Shown piece after piece: positions 47,814 through 57,033 of a stretch of DNA of 64,000 bases. The stretch spans positions 1 through 64,000 of the forward strand of contig CAXXUA010000002.1 in NCBI GenBank assembly GCA_963663765.2, given 5' to 3'. Made by a program: the position numbers and the translations under genes. How positions within the stretch are numbered: the first letter of the stretch is position 1; the number at the start of each line of letters is the position of its first letter. The notes below the pieces were generated by a model. That model did no database searches, was not told the origin of the DNA, and worked only from the letters and a program-made list of their open reading frames with translations. The DNA comes from Candidatus Poribacteria bacterium. Lineage in GTDB: Bacteria; Poribacteria; WGA-4E; WGA-3G.

Positions 47814-49322
47814 ATGCAATACATACAAAAAGCAATCCGTTCCATAATCGGACAAATCTGTATCATCGCGCTGTTTTTCCTGATATACCATATAGTAATG
47901 GAATTAATCATGCGCGAGACAGGACTCAGACTGGGAGCTGTGAAATTTCACAGACACTTCGTCCCGTACTATGCTCAACCGGAACCAAACCTGAGTTGGT
48001 GGATTCTTCCCGCACTTGTTATTTGCATTGGATTCCTCTTTCTTTCCTATAAATTTATCCTTTCAAACAACATTAGTTCGCGAAAGTTGATATTGATTGC
48101 TTATGTTTGCTTCATCGCGATCAATATCAGTGTCGCACAAATTGATGGTTTCCGTGAAATAGAGACAGAACAGGGTACTGAACAAATTTTAACACTATTC
48201 TATCCTTACACACGATCTGGGTTGGAATATTATGAGGATGTGCCACAAATAGAAAAACTCGGACTCCGCACATTTTTGCGTGATTTTAGCAAACCGGAGG
48301 TGTTCAATGAATTAACTGGACACACACGCACCCATCCGCCGGGAGGCGTTGTATTCCTATGGTTGTTCAGTAAGATATTCGGTTACAATCTCATATCTGC
48401 ATCGTTAGTATCAGTGCTATTCACTGCACTCGTCATCATACCTATCTATAAACTCACAGAACGTCTATACAATCAGAAGGTCGCGCTTTACGCATTGCTG
48501 CTATTCCTTGTCACACCAAACTTTGTGATGTTCACCACAACATCTATGGACGGACCATTTAGTGTGTTTCCAATTCTTAGTCTCTACCTGTTTTACGAAG
48601 CAAGACACAAGGAAACTGATCCAGAATCCGCATTGACAAAATTTCGTCCCTATAGTCTCCTTACAGGTCTTTCGCTTGCGCTGGGTATGTTTTTGACCTA
48701 TTCAACCGTGGTAATTGGAGTCTTCCTGTGTGTCATCGCATTATTAGAGAGATACCGGTTCAAGCAATACCTGAAGATGTTGTTATATGCTTCTATCGGT
48801 TTTGTTGGTTTCTACGTGCTATTATACTTACTCACTGGCTTCCAACCCTTTGACGCACTTTGGGCAGCAATTAAAAAAGATGAAGCAGGTATGGGAACAG
48901 GATTTGAAAGTATTGACCGTTATTTCCACCTGAGTATTGCTAATCTTTTTGCCTTCTTAATGGGTGTAGGTATTCCGATAACAACAGTCTGGCTACGTCA
49001 ACTTGTAAAAACATTCAAGGAGTGGAAGCAAAACACCACAACATCTGCATCTGAGGAGATGCCAGTTCGCGTGCCTTGGATATTACGTCATGACAAGGTA
49101 GATACATACATCATCGGTTTCCTCATAACAATCCTCTACTTCACATTCTCAACTTGGTTCACGATGGAGGTGGAACGAATCTGGATTTTCATGGTGCCGT
49201 TCTTCGTCATTCCCGTAGCCAAATACCTAACAACACGAACCCAACGTGATTTCTTCTGGGTTGCTGGTTTACTTGTCGTTCAGCTCATCATTTCAGAGGT
49301 ACTACTCTATACCCATTGGTAG
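47814..49322 (+). CDS. Polytopic membrane protein, probable GT-C (family 39-like) glycosyltransferase
   Basis: About 10-12 hydrophobic segments, THPPG motif, and EVERIW near the C-terminus. Confidence 0.6.
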   Translation: MQYIQKAIRSIIGQICIIALFFLIYHIVMELIMRETGLRLGAVKFHRHFVPYYAQPEPNLSWWILPALVICIGFLFLSYKFILSNNISSRKLILIAYVCFIAINISVAQIDGFREIETEQGTEQILTLFYPYTRSGLEYYEDVPQIEKLGLRTFLRDFSKPEVFNELTGHTRTHPPGGVVFLWLFSKIFGYNLISASLVSVLFTALVIIPIYKLTERLYNQKVALYALLLFLVTPNFVMFTTTSMDGPFSVFPILSLYLFYEARHKETDPESALTKFRPYSLLTGLSLALGMFLTYSTVVIGVFLCVIALLERYRFKQYLKMLLYASIGFVGFYVLLYLLTGFQPFDALWAAIKKDEAGMGTGFESIDRYFHLSIANLFAFLMGVGIPITTVWLRQLVKTFKEWKQNTTTSASEEMPVRVPWILRHDKVDTYIIGFLITILYFTFSTWFTMEVERIWIFMVPFFVIPVAKYLTTRTQRDFFWVAGLLVVQLIISEVLLYTHW

Positions 49323-49344
49323 CAATTGTTGCAATAGACTGTAA

Positions 49345-50193
49345 TTAACCTAATTCGATGTTTAGTGAAACAAAGAACGCGACGAGTCCTAATGCAATAC
49401 AGTAATACGTAAACACAGAGAATCTTCCACGGTTTAGCATGACCAACAGCAAACGCAAAGCAATATAACCAACCAGAAAAGATGCAAACATGCCGATCAC
49501 TAAGATATGCAAAGGAATAACAGTGTCACCAATGTCTTTGATTTTAAGGACGACTGCCCCAAGAATGGCGGGAATTGAAAGTAGAAACGAATATTCCGCT
49601 GCGGTTTTTGCTGGAATACCCAAAAAGAGAGCGAGTGAAATTGTTGAGCCTGAACGTGAAATCCCTGGTGTAATAGCACAACCTTGTGCAATGCCAACAA
49701 GCAGCGCATGCCACCATTTCATCTTATCTGGTGCAGTATCAAGACCATCGGCATCCTTTTTTCTGAGTCGTGGCAATTGAAGGATGACGCCAGTTACGAT
49801 GAGCATGATACTAACAAGTTGCACCTCACCAAAGAAAGACTCTAACTGATCCTTAAACAGCACAGCAATGATGCCTGTAGGAATAGAACCGAGAAGTATC
49901 AACCAAATAAATCTGAGTTCAACCGACTCGTTTGTGGTTCTAATTGGGTGCTTATAGAAACGTTTATCTCCAAGCGTAGACAACCCTCCAACAAATAATT
50001 TTCCTATTGCCTGACGATATGCTACAAGCACAGCAGCTAATGTGCCAACGTGCAACATCACATCAAAAAACACAAGCGTTTCTTTCAATCCGAGTAACTG
50101 TTGTGCTAAGACGAGGTGTCCAGAACTGCTAACGGGGAGAAATTCAGTGAGACCTTGTAAAATACCAAGTAAAATCGCTTCAAACAATGACAT
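49345..50193 (-). CDS. uppP: Undecaprenyl-diphosphate phosphatase
   Basis: QGLTEFLPVSSSGHL, PGISRSG and SFLLSIP motifs. Confidence 0.95.
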   Translation of the reverse strand: MSLFEAILLGILQGLTEFLPVSSSGHLVLAQQLLGLKETLVFFDVMLHVGTLAAVLVAYRQAIGKLFVGGLSTLGDKRFYKHPIRTTNESVELRFIWLILLGSIPTGIIAVLFKDQLESFFGEVQLVSIMLIVTGVILQLPRLRKKDADGLDTAPDKMKWWHALLVGIAQGCAITPGISRSGSTISLALFLGIPAKTAAEYSFLLSIPAILGAVVLKIKDIGDTVIPLHILVIGMFASFLVGYIALRLLLVMLNRGRFSVFTYYCIALGLVAFFVSLNIELG

Positions 50194-50199
50194 GTGTAT

Positions 50200-50228
50200 A
50201 TTATAGCAACCAATTCTCCAGACTGCAA
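50200..50228 (-). promoter_or_regulatory. sigma-70 promoter for a probable leaderless uppP transcript
   Basis: TTGCAG-N17-TATAAT with extended TG; only 6 nt separate the -10 box from the ATG; no SD sequence. Confidence 0.65.
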
Positions 50229-50379
50229 GGTATTTATGTTCCTACGGGTTATTTAGTTTTAAGAATTATCAGTTGATGGTTGTTACTAAGAGTTTATATC
50301 GTAGGTCGGGTAGAGCGTTAGCGAAACCCGACATGTATTGATTGTAGTTGTCATGTCGGGTTTCACTAACGCTCTACCC

Positions 50380-51525
50380 ATAGGTGTCAACTTAGCGGTT
50401 CATATTATTGTAGGAGGGAAACCTTGAAACCCCGATTTTCTCACTCAAGGTAGGCGTGCTTTGTAAGCGCGCTCCCCAACTGCAGGCGTGCTTTGTAAGC
50501 GCGCTCCCCAACTGCAGGCGTGCTTTGTAAGCGCGCTCCCCAACTGCAGGCGTGCTTTGTAAGCGCGCTCCCCAACTGCAGGCGTGCTTTGTAAGCGCGC
50601 CACCCAACTGCAGGCGTGCTTTGTAAGCGCGCCACCCAACTGCAGGCGTGCTTTGTAAGCGCGCCCCCCAACTGCAGGCGTGCTTTGTAAGCGCGCCCCC
50701 CAACTGCAGGCGTGCTTTGTAAGCGCGCCCCCCAACTGCAGGCGTGCTTTGTAAGCGCGCCCCCCAACTGCAGGCGTGCTTTGTAAGCGCGCCCCCCAAC
50801 TGCAGGCGTGCTTTGTAAGCGCGCCCCCCAACTGCAGGCGTGCTTTGTAAGCGCGCCCCCCAACTGCAGGCGTGCTTTGTAAGCGCGCTCCCCAACTGCA
50901 GGCGTGCTTTGTAAGCGCGCCCCCCAACTGCAGGCGTGCTTTGTAAGCGCGCCACCCAACTGCAGGCGTGCTTTGTAAGCGCGCCACCCAACTGCAGGCG
51001 TGCTTTGTAAGCGCGCCACCCAACTGCAGGCGTGCTTTGTAAGCGCGCTCCCCAACTGCAGGCGTGCTTTGTAAGCGCGCCACCCAACTGCAGGCGTGCT
51101 TTGTAAGCGCGCCACCCAACTGCAGGCGTGCTTTGTAAGCGCGCTCCCCAACTGCAGGCGTGCTTTGTAAGCGCGCTCCCCAACTGCAGGCGTGCTTTGT
51201 AAGCGCGCCACCCAACTGCAGGCGTGCTTTGTAAGCGCGCCACCCAACTGCAGGCGTGCTTTGTAAGCGCGCCCCCCAACTGCAGGCGTGCTTTGTAAGC
51301 GCGCCCCCCAACTGCAGGCGTGCTTTGTAAGCGCGCCCCCCAACTGCAGGCGTGCTTTGTAAGCGCGCCCCCCAACTGCAGGCGTGCTTTGTAAGCGCGC
51401 TCCCCAACTGCAGGCGTGCTTTGTAAGCGCGCCGTTGCCAATCCTGTGTTTATCGGCGCGCTTACAAAGCACGCCTACCGGGATGGGGCATTTAGCTCTT
51501 GACTTTTTCTTAAGTTGACACCTAT
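50380..51525. mobile_element. MITE family C inserted in a REP arm, expanded by the tandem array
   Basis: TIRs ataggtgtcaactta/taagttgacacctat; flanking repeat gggtttc(a/g)ctaacgctctaccc (50358-50379, 51526-51547). Confidence 0.85.
50452..51433. repeat. Tandem array, 32-bp unit aggcgtgctttgtaagcgcgc(tc/ca/cc)cccaactgc, 30 full copies plus 1 partial
   Basis: Exact 32-bp period from 50452 to 51412; three unit variants; closed by a single inverted REP arm ggcgcgcttacaaagcacgcctac (about 51455-51478). Confidence 0.95.
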
Positions 51526-51631
51526 GGGTTTCGCTAACGCTCTACCCGACCTACGCATCTAATTCACGAATGTTATTAATATCTGCAAAAAATACTAAAA
51601 CTAATTAACCCTGTTATGTTCCAAATTCACA

Positions 51632-51660
51632 TTGACGTATGAACTGAATCGTGGTATACT
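51632..51660 (+). promoter_or_regulatory. sigma-70 promoter for the YCF48-TolC operon
   Basis: TTGACG-N17-TATACT with extended TG. Confidence 0.75.
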
Positions 51661-51686
51661 TTAACGGATTTATTATGTTATCTCAT

Positions 51687-51808
51687 CAGGACATACGTAG
51701 TTTTCATGAATTCATCAAGAATTAAGTCGAAAAAGATGTAATTTTCAGCATTTTTTAGGTTTCTTGCGCGCTTACAAAGCGCGCCTACCGTTGGGTGCGT
51801 AAGTCCTG
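51687..51808. mobile_element. 122-bp MITE with IS701-type ends
   Basis: caggacatacgta ... tgcgtaagtcctg; the right end is identical to the TIR of IS 1370-2460. Contains REP gcgcgcttacaaagcgcgcctac. Confidence 0.65.
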
Positions 51809-51889
51809 ATAATATTGCGAACATTTCTTTTTTAATTCCATACGAAGTATTCAAGTGAAAGATTTATAAAAATGTAGGAGGGAATATAT

Positions 51890-53761
51890 ATGAAGCGGCG
51901 TATCACATTTACATTAGTCTTACTTATATTGATTAGCACATCGTCGTTAGCCATGGCACAGAAAAATTGGGTAACTGTTAGTGAAGCAAAATGGCAATCA
52001 TCCTTTTCTGATGTTTTTTTTGTGGACAATCAGAACGGATGGATAGTCGGTAGCAATTCCATCATACTAAATACAGCAGACGGTGGCAAGACGTGGATTC
52101 AGCAACCCGTCCCATTTAAGCTTGAGTTCAAAAAAGTCAGATTCATTAGCCCCAAGATCGGTTGGGTTGTGGGTGAAAATGGCACTGTGCTAAGGACAGT
52201 TGATGGCGGTCAGTTCTGGAATAAATTAAACACAGGAAACCGTGTTGCTTTGTTAGATGTCTCATTTGTAGATGAGATGCACGGATGGGCTTGCGGTGAC
52301 GGCGGTTTCGTAATGTCAACGCAAGATGGGGGGAATTCATGGTTAAAGCATGAGGTCGGTACGAACAACACTATTGAAGGTATCCATTTTGTCAATCCTC
52401 AAGTTGGTTGGGCAGCAGGAGGTGGTGGTACATTGCTTCACACTAAAGACGGTGGAGAGTCATGGTCGTTTCAAACAAGTGCGACAGTCAACACACTCAA
52501 TGCAATAACAATGCTTGACGAAACCGCTGGATGGTCAGTTGGTGCTGGCGGTGCTGTTGTTAACACAGTTGATGGTGAGAATTGGCAGGCTCAAAAAAGT
52601 AATGTGCCTAATTCTAACGGCATGCCGGAACCGATATACGATGTACATTTTACGGATAAGAACAATGGCTTAGCTGCTGCAGAATTTGGTGTGATCCTCC
52701 GAACAACGGATGGTGGAACACAATGGCGACCCCTATTACCACAGCAAGTCGCTGCACGTCTGCAGGGTGTTCACATGAAGAACGCAAATGAAGCTTGGGT
52801 AGTTGGTGATAAAGCCACAATCCTACGTACTACCGATGGTGGTGATACTTGGGACATCGTATCAAATATAATGGATCTTCGCGCAGTACATTTTGCAAAT
52901 GACAAACTCGGTTGGGCAGTAGGTTTAGCAGGAAGTGTTATTCACACAAATGACGGTGGAAATACATGGATATCTCAGCAAAGCGGTGATGTTTTTGAAC
53001 TATTTGGTGTCGGTTTTGTTGATGAAAAGAGGGGTTATATTGTTGGTAGCAACGCAGCACTCCTTGAAACAGATAATGGCGGTAAGACTTGGAAGAGTCT
53101 CAGTGATCCTGGGGATGAAGGACACGGAAGAGCTAAGCGGATAAAGTTTGGTGGAACTATGGGTTGGAAAGGAGCATTGGCAAGTTATGCTATGAGTATC
53201 GTTTCGAAAACACATGCATGGGCAGTGGGTGAAACTGGAAGAGTGATGCGGACAACGGATGCCGGTGAAACTTGGCACGGTGTAGACATTGACGCGAACT
53301 TTTCAGGTGTAGGTTTTAACAATCTGTTCGGTGTCCATTTCCTAAATGAAAAAATTGGCTGGATAGTCGGTTATGCAGGAACAATCGCCAGAACGACTGA
53401 TGGTGGAGAAACTTGGACCATAAATATGGGGTCTTCAGAATTACAGGACATTTATGCTGTCAATCCTAAAACCGCGTGGGTAGTTGGGAGCCAGGGAACT
53501 ATCATGTTAACCGCTGATGGTGGAGAGACATGGATTGATCAAACTGTGCCGACAGATGAGAACCTTAATGCAGTTCTCTTTACTACCGATAAACAGGGAT
53601 GGGTAGTTGGAGATAAAGGGACTATCCTACATACAAATGATAGCGGTGTAACTTGGTTGAACCATAGTTCTCCAACAAAGAACAACCTTAGAGATATTGT
53701 CAAATCATCAAATGGCACATTGTGGGTAATCGGTGATTCAACAACTATCCTTCGCTACTGA
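51890..53761 (+). CDS. Secreted YCF48-like (Asp-box/BNR) beta-propeller protein
   Basis: Signal peptide and about 13 repeats of F....GW.VG..G.I..T.DGG.TW. Confidence 0.9.
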   Translation: MKRRITFTLVLLILISTSSLAMAQKNWVTVSEAKWQSSFSDVFFVDNQNGWIVGSNSIILNTADGGKTWIQQPVPFKLEFKKVRFISPKIGWVVGENGTVLRTVDGGQFWNKLNTGNRVALLDVSFVDEMHGWACGDGGFVMSTQDGGNSWLKHEVGTNNTIEGIHFVNPQVGWAAGGGGTLLHTKDGGESWSFQTSATVNTLNAITMLDETAGWSVGAGGAVVNTVDGENWQAQKSNVPNSNGMPEPIYDVHFTDKNNGLAAAEFGVILRTTDGGTQWRPLLPQQVAARLQGVHMKNANEAWVVGDKATILRTTDGGDTWDIVSNIMDLRAVHFANDKLGWAVGLAGSVIHTNDGGNTWISQQSGDVFELFGVGFVDEKRGYIVGSNAALLETDNGGKTWKSLSDPGDEGHGRAKRIKFGGTMGWKGALASYAMSIVSKTHAWAVGETGRVMRTTDAGETWHGVDIDANFSGVGFNNLFGVHFLNEKIGWIVGYAGTIARTTDGGETWTINMGSSELQDIYAVNPKTAWVVGSQGTIMLTADGGETWIDQTVPTDENLNAVLFTTDKQGWVVGDKGTILHTNDSGVTWLNHSSPTKNNLRDIVKSSNGTLWVIGDSTTILRY

Positions 53762-53779
53762 TTTTATTCAATTACAGCG

Positions 53780-53867
53780 TATCTCATAAATGCAATTTTG
53801 TCCAAATTCACCGGATCATGTGTCTGGTAAATCGGGGTTAGAAACCCCTCCTACCATTTATGAGATA
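53780..53867. repeat. Short inverted-repeat element with a REP half
   Basis: tatctcataaatg/catttatgagata flanking aatcggggttagaaacccctcctac. Confidence 0.5.
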
Positions 53868-53949
53868 GGTTGAAATATAAGATAACATAAGAATCAACCG
53901 ATATATAGATGCAATACGTTTTTGCATTCATTTGGAGGGAACAATAAAC

Positions 53950-55338
53950 ATGAGTTTTTTACGGTTCCATCTCCCTTTTTGGGTAGGAACCTTTTTATTA
54001 CTTCTACTGGCTATTTCAGTCAACCCAGAAGAACATAGAACCTTAAATCTTGAAGAGAGTATTGAAATAGCAAAACAGAACAATCTTGGACTACAGGCTG
54101 CAGCGCAAAAACTGAAAGCTGCACAATCACAGATAACTCTTGCACGTGCAACACTTCTACCCAGACTTGATGCAAATGGCAACTACACCTATTTCAAGGA
54201 CATACAAAAATCGGTAATACAAGCAGATGGTGGTTTCGGTTTCCCTATGTCCGATGATGAAATGGATGAAATGCCTACAACCAGCATGGATAATGAAGCA
54301 GAACTCATAGAATTGGAGTTTGGCGCACATCATAATATACAAGGTACCGTGCGCTTGATACAACCTATCTTTGCATGGGGTAGATACTATTATGGCTATC
54401 AAGGATCGAAGCTGCAATACGAAGCGGCAGAAAAAGACCTAAATGCATCATACAACAAACTACGACTGGATGTTTATGAATCCTTTTACCGCGTATTAAT
54501 TGCACAGGAGTTCGTAAAAGTTGCTGAACAGAGTGCTGAACTTGTGAAAAAACAACTCAAAATCGCTGAGTCCTCTTTTAAGGCAGGTGTATCAACCAAC
54601 TTTGATGTGTTACGTGCGAAAGTACAACTTGCTAATGCAGAATCACAAACAATTCGTGCAAGAAACAATTTTACTACTGCACAAAATACCTACAAAACAT
54701 TATTAAACATTCCACTCACTGAACAAGTTGCAGTCGAAGGGTCTTTTGAGACTCCTCAGGTTGACATAAAGTTGGATGCGCTCATTAAATTAGCACGTGA
54801 AAACCGGCCTGAAATCACTAGTTCACAGCTCAACGAACAAGCAGGACAGAAACAACTGAAAGTCGCAAAGACTCGTAACCTACCCGATTTATCTTTCTTC
54901 TCCAATTATCAGATTTCGCACAACGAAAGGCTTCTTGAAATGAACCGCATTTGGAGTCTTGGACTGCAAATAAACATACCTATCTTTGATGGTTTTGCAG
55001 CACGCGCAGGTGTCAAACAGAGCGAGGCAGTTCTAAAACAACTTCAATTAGGCACAGAGCAAACTATGACTACCGTTGAATTTGAGGTGCGAACTACTTA
55101 TCTTGCACTACTTGAAGCGGCTGCCCTCCTTGACGTTCAAAAAGAAACGGTAGCGCAAGCGGAGGAGAGTGTGAGAATTGCTAATCTGCAATTTGAAAAC
55201 GGTATGATTACGACTGTTGGGTATACTGATACGCAACTTGCATTGACACAAGCAAAAGTCAACCGTCTGCAAGCTCAACACGATTATGTCGTTGGTGTCG
55301 CAAAATTAGAAAAAGCTATTGGGCAAAAAATAGAATAA
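53950..55338 (+). CDS. TolC-family outer membrane efflux protein
   Basis: L.L.E.I..A..NN and A..LP.L motifs, two OEP repeats, and C-terminal L.KAIG. ATG 53950 follows GGAGG. Confidence 0.9.
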   Translation: MSFLRFHLPFWVGTFLLLLLAISVNPEEHRTLNLEESIEIAKQNNLGLQAAAQKLKAAQSQITLARATLLPRLDANGNYTYFKDIQKSVIQADGGFGFPMSDDEMDEMPTTSMDNEAELIELEFGAHHNIQGTVRLIQPIFAWGRYYYGYQGSKLQYEAAEKDLNASYNKLRLDVYESFYRVLIAQEFVKVAEQSAELVKKQLKIAESSFKAGVSTNFDVLRAKVQLANAESQTIRARNNFTTAQNTYKTLLNIPLTEQVAVEGSFETPQVDIKLDALIKLARENRPEITSSQLNEQAGQKQLKVAKTRNLPDLSFFSNYQISHNERLLEMNRIWSLGLQINIPIFDGFAARAGVKQSEAVLKQLQLGTEQTMTTVEFEVRTTYLALLEAAALLDVQKETVAQAEESVRIANLQFENGMITTVGYTDTQLALTQAKVNRLQAQHDYVVGVAKLEKAIGQKIE

Positions 55339-55409
55339 AGTACTATATTCAATAAATAAGCTAAACAGTAGAGAGAAATTGCACATACATTGAAGGGAGA
55401 ATTAGACAA

Positions 55410-57017
55410 TTGAAAAAAGTTTGGATTCCAATTATCATCATCTTGGTTGTAGCAGTCATCGCACTGTTCCGATTCATGAAACCCGATGATCCAGAAATAC
55501 CTCAGATCGCACAAGAGGATGTACCAACACCTGTTGAAGTCTATAAAGCGAAACTCGGTGAAATCCGTTCTGAACTGCAACTTGCAGGCACAATTGAAGC
55601 GAAATCACGTGTGAGTGTCATTCCCAAAATCTCTGGACGTATCATCACTATGTCTGTTCGTGAAGGTGAAACCGTCAAGAAAGGAGCTCAACTCGCTGTA
55701 ATTGAGCACGAAGAGTTGGATCTTGCAGTACAACAAGCACAAGCAACATTGGAAGCAGCAGAAGCTTCCTACTCACAGGCAAAGCAACTGGCAAAGGTAC
55801 GAGTACAAACACAGGTTGCACAAGCGAAAGCACAAGCAAATGCAGCTGAAGTCTCGCTTCAACAAGTGAAAGAACTTGCCGAAATTCGTACTGTCACACA
55901 GATTGAGCAAGCGGAAGCAGGATTAAAATCGCTTGAAGCTAATCTTGAGAAGATCAAGACCGGTGCACGCGAAGAAGATATAGAAAAAACTCAAGCGAGT
56001 GTGAAACAAGCGAAGGCAAATTTACAAAATACACAAAGCAACCACTCTCGTATGCAGCAACTATATGACAACGGAGCGATTAGCAAACAATCCTTGGAAA
56101 ACAGTCATACTCAGTTAGATGTTGTCAATGCACAACACAAAATCGCTACAGAACAACTACAGCTCATCATGAATGGGGCACGTGAAGAAGACATCCAAGC
56201 AATGGAAGCGCAGGTAGAACAAGCAAGAGCGGGTCTGAAGCTAGCTCAGGTCCAAGCCACTACAAAGATGTGGGAAAAAGACATTGCACTTGTACAGTCA
56301 CAAGTTGACACTGCACACGCAGGACTCAAATCTGCAATTGCTTTAGAACAGGCAAAGAGTTGGGAGGCAGAAATAACCGCAGCAAAAACCGCACGAACGC
56401 AAGCAAGCATTGCACTCAAACTCGCAAATAAACGGCTTAAAGATGCAACCATAGCAGCACCTATTACTGGTGTTGTTTCACAACGTTTCTTGGACTTAGG
56501 TGGCATGGCAGTCCCCACAGTTCCATTGTTTGAGATTGTGGATATTGACACCGTCAAAGCAACAACAGATGTGATCGAACTCCAATTGGCACAATTAACA
56601 CTCAATCAACAAGCGAATATCATAATTGAAGGAATCAATATGCCTCTTACAGGAGTGATTAGTTATATCAGTCCTACATTACAACCAATTCAACGGACAG
56701 CGACCGTGGAATTTCATATTGACAATCCTAATGGTATAGTTAAGCCGGGAATGTTTGCAAAAGTAACCGTACCAATTGAAGTACGTCAAGACACTATCTT
56801 AGTCCCACGCAACTCTCTTATAGAAGATGCAGTGACAAAAACGCAGAATGTCTTTGTCGTTGAAGCAGGAAAGAGCAAAAGACGACCCGTTGAAATCGGC
56901 CTTACTCGCGGTGGTAAAGTAGAAGTCGTTGAAGGGCTAAACGAAGGTGATTCTGTTATCATCGCTGGACAACACTCTCTCAAAGTTGATGAAAATGTTA
57001 CTGTTGTCAATCCTTGA
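55410..57017 (+). CDS. Efflux periplasmic adaptor (membrane fusion protein) with very long coiled coil
   Basis: N-terminal TM, lipoyl halves (ISGRI..M.V.EG..VKKG; I.APITGVV), KPGMF and VEV.EGL.EGD.VI..GQ; about 245 aa helical insert. Confidence 0.88.
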   Translation: MKKVWIPIIIILVVAVIALFRFMKPDDPEIPQIAQEDVPTPVEVYKAKLGEIRSELQLAGTIEAKSRVSVIPKISGRIITMSVREGETVKKGAQLAVIEHEELDLAVQQAQATLEAAEASYSQAKQLAKVRVQTQVAQAKAQANAAEVSLQQVKELAEIRTVTQIEQAEAGLKSLEANLEKIKTGAREEDIEKTQASVKQAKANLQNTQSNHSRMQQLYDNGAISKQSLENSHTQLDVVNAQHKIATEQLQLIMNGAREEDIQAMEAQVEQARAGLKLAQVQATTKMWEKDIALVQSQVDTAHAGLKSAIALEQAKSWEAEITAAKTARTQASIALKLANKRLKDATIAAPITGVVSQRFLDLGGMAVPTVPLFEIVDIDTVKATTDVIELQLAQLTLNQQANIIIEGINMPLTGVISYISPTLQPIQRTATVEFHIDNPNGIVKPGMFAKVTVPIEVRQDTILVPRNSLIEDAVTKTQNVFVVEAGKSKRRPVEIGLTRGGKVEVVEGLNEGDSVIIAGQHSLKVDENVTVVNP

Positions 57018-57033
57018 GAACTATGAATAAATT

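Larger units (their letters stand above)
50243..51613. mobile_element. MITE family A (inverted copy) with REP doublet, nested MITE C and tandem array
   Basis: Ends gggttatttagtttta/aaaactaattaaccctg; 9-bp TSD TTATGTTCC (50234-50242, 51614-51622). Confidence 0.85.

Noticed and set aside
50452-51433. Possible CRISPR array
   Set aside because: Units are contiguous with no unique spacers and there are no cas genes in the window. The same applies to 35191-35497.
50392-51472. Three long minus-strand ORFs (320-349 aa) over the tandem array
   Set aside because: Artefact of a stop-free 32-bp repeat: all three frames give the same 32-aa cycle, and there is no RBS or domain.
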